In this document: positions 58,094 to 64,000 of the stretch, piece after piece
Numbering within the stretch: the first letter of the stretch is position 1
Layout: each line of letters begins with the position of its first letter
NCBI GenBank assembly: GCA_944393745.1
Contig: CALYBD010000001.1
Coordinates: 72,628 to 136,627 of the forward strand
DNA from: an uncultured Alphaproteobacteria bacterium
GTDB taxonomy: Bacteria > Pseudomonadota > Alphaproteobacteria > CAAGCB01 > CAG-977
Reading direction: 5' to 3'
DNA: 64,000 bases
Notes under the pieces: model-generated
Seen by the model: the letters and a program-made list of their open reading frames with translations, nothing else
Told to the model about the DNA's origin: nothing
Databases searched by the model: none
Position numbers and translations under genes: made by a program

Positions 58094-58851
58094 ACATCGT
58101 CCTGTAATTTATCAATCTGCACTTCTTCCTGCGCTGCGATTGTTTCTTCAAGTTTTTGTTCCAGCCTTTTTTGTTTATTTTCAAACTTCAGCTGTTTCAT
58201 TTCCATTTTATGTTCGGCTTTTTCGACTTTACGTTCAAATCTTTTTTGCGTTGTTTCGATTTTCTTTTCAAGCTTTTTCTGACGGTTGGCCAATCGTCGT
58301 GCCAAAGTCTTTTGCCGGCGACGAACATACCACAACGTCCAAGCGTATGCCCCCCAGGCGCCAAAGATAATCCAAGGAACGGATCCGATCATCATGGCGA
58401 CTCCCCAATCCTTAATTAAAACGGCGCACATCGCCTTAAAGGCTTCCACAATACCGTCTTCGTTTAAAATCGTTTTGATCAGAGCATAAAATTTGGCATA
58501 CGTTGTCCGTTCGCCAAATTCGCCCGTCATGGCTTTTCCCGTCACATAAAAAGCATAATAAAACGGCGGCAACGTAAAAACATTCGTTACCCAGGTCCAC
58601 GCCAATCCGACCGGTAAACTGAAATTCCACTTAAAAACTTTTCGGGTAAACAACCAGGTTAAAAAAACCAGGTACATTTGAATTCCGACCAGCGGCGTCA
58701 TCGCCCAACCCATGCCGATCAATGCGCCGCGCGCCGTAATTTCCGGCGGATTTTTGGAACGAAGCATGGGGATAACCAGTTTCATGCGAATCAATGAAAC
58801 TATTGTTCTGAAAAAGCCCCGTCTTTTAAAACCAACCGGCATACTCTTCAA
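58090..58851 (-). CDS. Membrane protein with C-terminal K/E-rich coiled-coil tail, unknown function
   Basis: 2-3 TM helices, followed by KKLEKKIETTQKRFERKVEKAEHKMEMKQLKFENKQKRLEQK repeats. Confidence 0.45.
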   Translation of the reverse strand: MKSMPVGFKRRGFFRTIVSLIRMKLVIPMLRSKNPPEITARGALIGMGWAMTPLVGIQMYLVFLTWLFTRKVFKWNFSLPVGLAWTWVTNVFTLPPFYYAFYVTGKAMTGEFGERTTYAKFYALIKTILNEDGIVEAFKAMCAVLIKDWGVAMMIGSVPWIIFGAWGAYAWTLWYVRRRQKTLARRLANRQKKLEKKIETTQKRFERKVEKAEHKMEMKQLKFENKQKRLEQKLEETIAAQEEVQIDKLQDDV

Positions 58852-58906
58852 AGCCCTGCGCCGTTGCTGTCTGTCTTTATGGAATAGCAGAGAAAAAACT
58901 TTATGT

Positions 58907-59716
58907 CTAAGCTTTTTTCGCAGCCCATATCATTATCCATATGCCCCCGATCAACATCGGAACGGTCAGCATCTGCCCCATTGTTACCCGGGCAAACAAA
59001 AAACCGATTTGCGCATCGGGTTCCCGGAAATTTTCGACAACACCGCGCACAACGGCATAACTTACCAAAAACAGGCCGGACAAAAAACCGGGACGAATCC
59101 GTACCCAAACACTGCCCGTCCATAAAAAATACAAAATAAAAAACAACAACATTCCTTCAAACCCCGCCTCGTACAGCTGACTGGGGTGACGCGGCAAAGG
59201 ACCGCCGTTCGGAAAAATAATCGCCCACGGAACGGAAACGGTTACACGACCGTATAATTCGGAATTGGCAAAATTGGCCAGCCGGCCGAAAAACAAACCG
59301 ATCGGCGCAACACACGCCAATATATCCGTAAATTGAAAAAAACTGACTTTAACACTGCGGGCATATAAAAATACTGCCGTAATCACACCGATCAAACCGC
59401 CGTGAAAAGACATTCCGCCTTGCCATAAAGCAAAAATCTGCAGCGGGTTTTCCATATAATAGTTTAAATTATAAAATAAAATATACCCCAGCCGGCCGCC
59501 GGTAATCAATCCGACCGTTGCCCAGAAAATAACATCATCAATCATAACGTCCGTTACGGGATTCGGGTATCTTTTAACCATTTTGCGCGCTAAAAACCAC
59601 GCCAAAACAATTCCTGCCAGATAGGCCAGCGAATACCACCGCAACCCGAAACCGCCGATATGAACGGCAACGGGATCAATATCGGGAAAAGGCAGTCCCT
59701 GATAAGTCATTTTCAC
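58907..59716 (-). CDS. lgt: Phosphatidylglycerol--prolipoprotein diacylglyceryl transferase
   Basis: Lgt signature region (GGRLGxxxF, FGRxANFxNxELYG). About 269 aa. Confidence 0.88.
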   Translation of the reverse strand: MKMTYQGLPFPDIDPVAVHIGGFGLRWYSLAYLAGIVLAWFLARKMVKRYPNPVTDVMIDDVIFWATVGLITGGRLGYILFYNLNYYMENPLQIFALWQGGMSFHGGLIGVITAVFLYARSVKVSFFQFTDILACVAPIGLFFGRLANFANSELYGRVTVSVPWAIIFPNGGPLPRHPSQLYEAGFEGMLLFFILYFLWTGSVWVRIRPGFLSGLFLVSYAVVRGVVENFREPDAQIGFLFARVTMGQMLTVPMLIGGIWIMIWAAKKA

Positions 59717-59722
59717 CTCTGC

Positions 59723-60709
59723 TTATTTATACGGATCGGAGGATTCCAGATATTTTTGAACGTATTTGGCCACTCCGTCTTCCAACGGCGTAAAAGGCTT
59801 CGTGTATCCGGCTGTTCTGAGCTTTTGAATATCCGCCTGCGTAAAATACTGATACTGTCCCTTGATTTCGGCCGGCAGATCCATAAAGTCCATTTCCGGT
59901 TTTTCGCCCAATGCGGTATAAACGGCGCGTAAAACATCTGCATAAGTCCGCGCCTGCCCGGTTCCGATATTAAACAATCCGCTGATTTCAGGATGCTGCA
60001 TTAACCACAAAATCACGTCGACCGTATCTTCAATCCACATAAAATCGCGCATTTGTTCCCCGTCCTGATAGGCCGGATTTTCCGATTTAAACAAAGGAAA
60101 CAACTTGCCGTTTTTTGCCGCATTGTAAATTCTGGGAATAACGCTTTGATGACGGGTATTGTGATATTCGTTCGGGCCGTACAAATTAAAACAGCGCAGC
60201 CCGATCCACTGCGGCGGAACGGTTTCGCCGCGATTAATTGTATCAATAATCTTTCTGTCCAAAAACAACTTGGTCCATGCTGCTGCGGATAACGGCTTTA
60301 ATTTTGCCAGTTCTTCGGCAGAATCGTCATCTTTAAAGCCCAAAGATCCGTCTCCGTACACACCGGCCGTCGAATCATAAATAAACGGAACCTGATGATG
60401 AGAACACCACGACCACAACCGCCAGGTCAGATGAATGCGATCGTCAATCAAAGCGTCCACATTGTCTTCCTGAGAAAACCCCGTATAGTTGATATGCAAA
60501 ACGGCATCAATCCTTCCGGCGTGCGTATCCAGATATTCAAAAATTTTTTCGGGAAAAACAATATCTCTCAGTGCCCGTTTGGCAATATTGCGCCATCTGT
60601 CGTCCGTCTGAAAACGATCAACGATCGTAATTTCGCCTAATCCCCGTTCTTCTATGCCGGCGGCAAGATTGGATCCCAAAAAGCCGGCACCGCCCGTAAT
60701 GATATACAT
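59723..60709 (-). CDS. hldD: ADP-L-glycero-D-manno-heptose-6-epimerase
   Basis: MYIITGGAGFLGSNL NAD-binding start. About 328 aa extended SDR. Confidence 0.82.
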   Translation of the reverse strand: MYIITGGAGFLGSNLAAGIEERGLGEITIVDRFQTDDRWRNIAKRALRDIVFPEKIFEYLDTHAGRIDAVLHINYTGFSQEDNVDALIDDRIHLTWRLWSWCSHHQVPFIYDSTAGVYGDGSLGFKDDDSAEELAKLKPLSAAAWTKLFLDRKIIDTINRGETVPPQWIGLRCFNLYGPNEYHNTRHQSVIPRIYNAAKNGKLFPLFKSENPAYQDGEQMRDFMWIEDTVDVILWLMQHPEISGLFNIGTGQARTYADVLRAVYTALGEKPEMDFMDLPAEIKGQYQYFTQADIQKLRTAGYTKPFTPLEDGVAKYVQKYLESSDPYK

Positions 60710-60842
60710 GGTAACCTCGTTATTTTTTCAGCTTTTTCTTTTATATGCCAAAACAGTCTCTTTCCTCAAATGTTTTTCTTTAAAAAAAGCGGGAATCATC
60801 TTATTTTAAAAAAAATTTTTAAAAAAGCAGAAGGAGTTTTTC

Positions 60843-61664
60843 ATGAATCGGTCATCTTCTCTTTTATTGGTCGGATGCGGAAAAATGGGCGGCGCCGTTT
60901 TAAACGGACTGCGGAAAAACGGTTTCTCGCCCGATCGGATACGCGTTGCAGAACCTGATGAAACTGTCCGATCAAAATTAATGGCCGAAGGGATTACGTG
61001 TGCGGCTTCGGCTTTGGAAATGGCGGATTTTAATCCCGATATCATCTTTTTGGCCGTAAAACCGTTTTTAATTGAACAGATAATCGGCGATATAAAACCC
61101 TTTACAGACAAAGGTGCTGCCGTCTTATCCATTATTGCGGGACGGCGGATCGAGTGGTTTAAAGACAAACTAGGTGACAAAACCGTTGTTTTTCGCGCCA
61201 TGCCAAACACTCCCGCAGCCATCGGCGCCGGCATTACGGCCGTGGTTTGCTCACCGCAGGCAACCGAAGAACAAAAACAACTGACCGACCGTATTTTAAA
61301 AGCCTGCGGCGAGGTAATCTGGTTGACCGCAGAAGATCAGATTGATGCCGTTACCGCCGTTTCCGGCAGCGGCCCGGCATACGTTTTTTATTTAACGGAA
61401 GCTTTGGCCAATGCCGCAAAAACCATCGGTTTATCGGAAGAAACAGCGGAAAAACTGGCACGAGCAACCGTTATCGGTTCAGCGCTTTTGATGCGGGAAA
61501 GCAATGAAACGCCTGCAAAACTGCGCCAAAACGTGACAACGCCGAACGGAACGACCGCGGCGGCTTTGGCAGTTCTGAGAGATGATAAAAACGGGTTTGA
61601 TCCTTTGATGGTTCAAGCGGTAAAGGCAGCAAAACAACGTTCAAAAGAGCTTTCCGGAGCATAA
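60843..61664 (+). CDS. proC: Pyrroline-5-carboxylate reductase
   Basis: GxGxMG dinucleotide motif and ProC C-terminal dimerisation region (SGSGPAYVFY). Confidence 0.85.
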   Translation: MNRSSSLLLVGCGKMGGAVLNGLRKNGFSPDRIRVAEPDETVRSKLMAEGITCAASALEMADFNPDIIFLAVKPFLIEQIIGDIKPFTDKGAAVLSIIAGRRIEWFKDKLGDKTVVFRAMPNTPAAIGAGITAVVCSPQATEEQKQLTDRILKACGEVIWLTAEDQIDAVTAVSGSGPAYVFYLTEALANAAKTIGLSEETAEKLARATVIGSALLMRESNETPAKLRQNVTTPNGTTAAALAVLRDDKNGFDPLMVQAVKAAKQRSKELSGA

Positions 61665-61665
61665 A

Positions 61666-63036
61666 ATGAAAATTAATGCGCAACAGGATTTAACCCGCGG
61701 CAGTGCTTTAAAAAATCTTTGGCAGTTTTCATTTCCTTTTTTACTGGCTTATTTATTACAGGCTTTATACAACACCGTTGATTTATTCGTTGTCGGACGA
61801 TTCGGAAACGGCAGCGTTTCTGTGGCCGCAGTCGCCAACGGCAGCTGTATTATGATGTTTATCCTGAATCTGATTTCCGGACTGACAACCGGTTCAACCG
61901 TTTTAATCGGGCAATATGTCGGCGCCGGCGATCAGGAAAAACTGCGCCGCTGCATCGGTACCAGTCTGTGTTTGTTTATGATTTGCTCTGTTATCCTGAC
62001 ATTGGTCATGCTGGCAGCCATGCCGTTGATCTTAAATCTTATGCAAGTGCCGCAAAGCGCTTATCAGGAAACCAAAGCTTATTCGGATATTTGCGTTTTA
62101 GGAATTGTTTTTATTACGGGATATAACGCTTTTTCGGCTGTTTTCCGCGGATTGGGAAATTCTGTGGCACCGTTGATTTTCGTGGCGATAGCCTGTGTTT
62201 TTAACATCATCGGCGATCTGGTCCTGGTGGCCGGTTTTCACATGGGAGCCACCGGCGCTGCCGCGGCAACGGTTGCCGGACAAGCGATCAGTATGTTTTT
62301 TGCTTATTTTTTCATGCGCAAAACCGTTCGTTTTGAATTTAAAATTAAAAATTTTATTCCTGATTATGCTCTTGTGCGCGAATTGTTCAAAGTCGGCCTG
62401 CCGATTTCAGTAACGGGAGGCCTGATCGATTTTTCCTTCATGTTCATTACGTCTATTATCAACGCTATGGGAATGGCTGCCGCGGCCGGGGTGGGTATTG
62501 TCGGCAGAATAAACGCGTTCGCCATGCTGCCGGCCGTATCGGCAATGGGAGCCATTTCGGCCATTACCGCACAAAATATCGGTGCCCACAAACCGGTTCG
62601 GGCCTTATATACTTTAAAACTGGGAATTGCCGGCACGATGATTTTCGGCATCATGGCCATTGCTTTGTTTTTGCTGATTCCCGAAAAGATCATCGGTTTT
62701 TTCATGGATCGAAACGCTTTCGGCGCTCAGGAAACGATTGAAGCCGGAACGGCTTATGCCAAAAGCTTTTGTTTTGAATATATTCTGGTGCCCGTCGTGT
62801 TTTGCACCAACGGCTTTTTCAACGGATGCGGACGATCCTTTTTTTCCATGCTGAATAACGTCTTGTGTACTTTTGTTTTCAGGATTCCCATGGCGTATTA
62901 TTTCAGCACGATGGCCAATGCTTCCCTTTATGCCGTCGGGTTTGCCTCTCCGCTGGCTTCTTTTGCTTCCAATATTTTGGCTTTGATTTATCTGGCCAGC
63001 GGCCGGTGGCGTAAAAAAGGCATCAAATGGTTATAA
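61666..63036 (+). CDS. MATE-family multidrug/toxin efflux transporter
   Basis: 12-TM pattern. About 456 aa. Starts 2 bp after the proC stop. Confidence 0.78.
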   Translation: MKINAQQDLTRGSALKNLWQFSFPFLLAYLLQALYNTVDLFVVGRFGNGSVSVAAVANGSCIMMFILNLISGLTTGSTVLIGQYVGAGDQEKLRRCIGTSLCLFMICSVILTLVMLAAMPLILNLMQVPQSAYQETKAYSDICVLGIVFITGYNAFSAVFRGLGNSVAPLIFVAIACVFNIIGDLVLVAGFHMGATGAAAATVAGQAISMFFAYFFMRKTVRFEFKIKNFIPDYALVRELFKVGLPISVTGGLIDFSFMFITSIINAMGMAAAAGVGIVGRINAFAMLPAVSAMGAISAITAQNIGAHKPVRALYTLKLGIAGTMIFGIMAIALFLLIPEKIIGFFMDRNAFGAQETIEAGTAYAKSFCFEYILVPVVFCTNGFFNGCGRSFFSMLNNVLCTFVFRIPMAYYFSTMANASLYAVGFASPLASFASNILALIYLASGRWRKKGIKWL

Positions 63037-63062
63037 AAAAAGCCCTTTAAAAGGGCTTTTCT
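63037..63062. terminator. Bidirectional intrinsic terminator between MATE gene and grpE
   Basis: aaaaaagccctttaaaagggcttttc. Confidence 0.65.
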
Positions 63063-63066
63063 TTAT

Positions 63067-63726
63067 TTACACAACCGTATCAATGTGTTCCGCCGGTTCC
63101 TGCCCGGGCTGAGGACCGCCGCGCGTCACAACGACGACGGCTTCGCGCAGGACGCGTTCACCGCCGATCATATAACCTTTCTGCCATTCCTGAACGATTG
63201 TGCCGGCCGGTTTGTCCGGATCATCGATTTCCTGCACGACTTTATGCAAATTCGGATCAAAAACCCGCCCGAGACTTTCAATCGCCGTCACGTTGTTTTT
63301 TTCCAGCGCCGAATTCAAATCTTTTTGAGTCAGTTCCAGACCGATCAACAGATTCTTAATCAAGTCGCTTTGATTGTCCTTTTCCGAATCGGGAATACTG
63401 GCCATTGCGCGGGAAAGATTGTCATTAACGGGCAAAAGATCCCGGGCAAAAGAGGAAACGGCAAATTTTGAACGCTTTTCCAATTCCTGCTGCGTTCTGC
63501 GCCGCAAGTTTTCCATCTCGGCCTGAGAACGCAGATATAAATCTTTAAATTTATCAATTTCAGCCTGCATCTGATTAATCTTATCGTTCAGAGCCGCTTC
63601 GGTTTCCGCGGTGGTATCCGCCTGAACCGGCGTTTCTTGCTGTTGTATGTCTTCTTGCTGTTGCAGTTCGTCTAAATCCTGTTTTTCTTCGCTCGCTTCT
63701 TCTGTGCGTTTATGATGCTTTGTCAT
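63067..63726 (-). CDS. grpE: Nucleotide exchange factor GrpE
   Basis: Acidic N-terminus, coiled coil, and a C-terminal GrpE beta domain (...GYMIGGRVLREAVVVV). Confidence 0.88.
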   Translation of the reverse strand: MTKHHKRTEEASEEKQDLDELQQQEDIQQQETPVQADTTAETEAALNDKINQMQAEIDKFKDLYLRSQAEMENLRRRTQQELEKRSKFAVSSFARDLLPVNDNLSRAMASIPDSEKDNQSDLIKNLLIGLELTQKDLNSALEKNNVTAIESLGRVFDPNLHKVVQEIDDPDKPAGTIVQEWQKGYMIGGERVLREAVVVVTRGGPQPGQEPAEHIDTVV

Positions 63727-63732
63727 TTTTCC

Positions 63733-64000
63733 CTATCCTATCAATTTACTGACAACCTGTGACGTATAATCTACCAGAGGAATAATTCTGGCGTAATTCA
63801 TTCTTGTCGGACCGATAATGCCGACAGCACCGATGATTTTTTCCTGACTGTTGCGATACGGCGCGGTAATCATGGAACAGCCGGATAAATCAAATAATTT
63901 GTTTTCCGATCCGATGTATATTTGTATCCCTTCCGCTGTTTCTGTCAAATCCAGCAGTTTTGTTATACTTTCCTGAGCCTCCAAAACAGCAAAAAGATTA
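63733..64000 (-). CDS. hrcA: Heat-inducible transcription repressor HrcA (C-terminal part; gene continues beyond window)
   Basis: C-terminal ...GPTRMNYARIIPLVDYTSQVVSKL. hrcA-grpE adjacency typical of alphaproteobacteria. Confidence 0.8.
   Translation of the reverse strand, partial: NLFAVLEAQESITKLLDLTETAEGIQIYIGSENKLFDLSGCSMITAPYRNSQEKIIGAVGIIGPTRMNYARIIPLVDYTSQVVSKLIG

Overview
This 64 kb window looks like an alphaproteobacterial chromosome segment, mostly dense, overlapping housekeeping operons. The assignment rests on hrcA-grpE adjacency, rpsF-rpsR-rplI without priB, the leuS-lptE-holA and prs-rplY-pth-ychF orders, and about 47% GC. Core genes recognised: gmk, yicC, rsmB, cca, dnaB, rplI/rpsR/rpsF, argG-argH, htpG, a Suv3-like helicase coupled to hslR, the complete mreBCD-mrdA-rodA rod-shape operon, miaA, purB, leuS-lptE-holA, yggS, trmL, ychF, pth, rplY, prs, pgeF, lgt, hldD, proC, a MATE transporter and grpE with partial hrcA. 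I recognised no rRNA, tRNA or CRISPR array. Envelope genes include a classical type Va autotransporter with a long structured leader, a porin and an Omp25/RopB-like beta-barrel. Five accessory features stand out.
1. A pair of paralogous secreted cysteine-rich, Ser/Thr-rich proteins (24740-27140). A 9-nt poly-C tract plus a T8 run sits in their promoter region, and an in-frame (GGC GGT GGC)n Gly11 repeat lies inside the second gene. Both are candidates for phase and length variation.
2. A roughly 3.8 kb integrase-bounded islet (48.65-52.46 kb) with imperfect direct repeats, no adjacent tRNA and lower GC. It carries an overlapping HD (YfbR-like) phosphohydrolase plus DUF429 (RNase H-like) gene pair and a small coiled-coil gene.
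3. Two homologous structured noncoding elements of about 230-340 bp (51.8-52.1 kb and 56.1-56.3 kb, minus sense). They share conserved sequence blocks, show compensatory base changes in two long-range helices, and each ends in an intrinsic-terminator-like hairpin just 5' of a small gene. One gene is a coiled-coil protein. The other is a ParB/DGQHR-fold nuclease-domain protein inserted into the conserved prs-rplY cluster. I consider this a candidate new cis-regulatory or small-RNA family, possibly tied to a defence-like module, and it is the most interesting signal in the window.
4. A low-GC HTH-domain gene, read as foreign, lies next to an uncharacterised acidic/basic two-gene operon between argH and htpG.
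5. A HAD-like gene is inserted between rplI and dnaB.
All functional assignments are from motif recognition by eye; no database searches were run.
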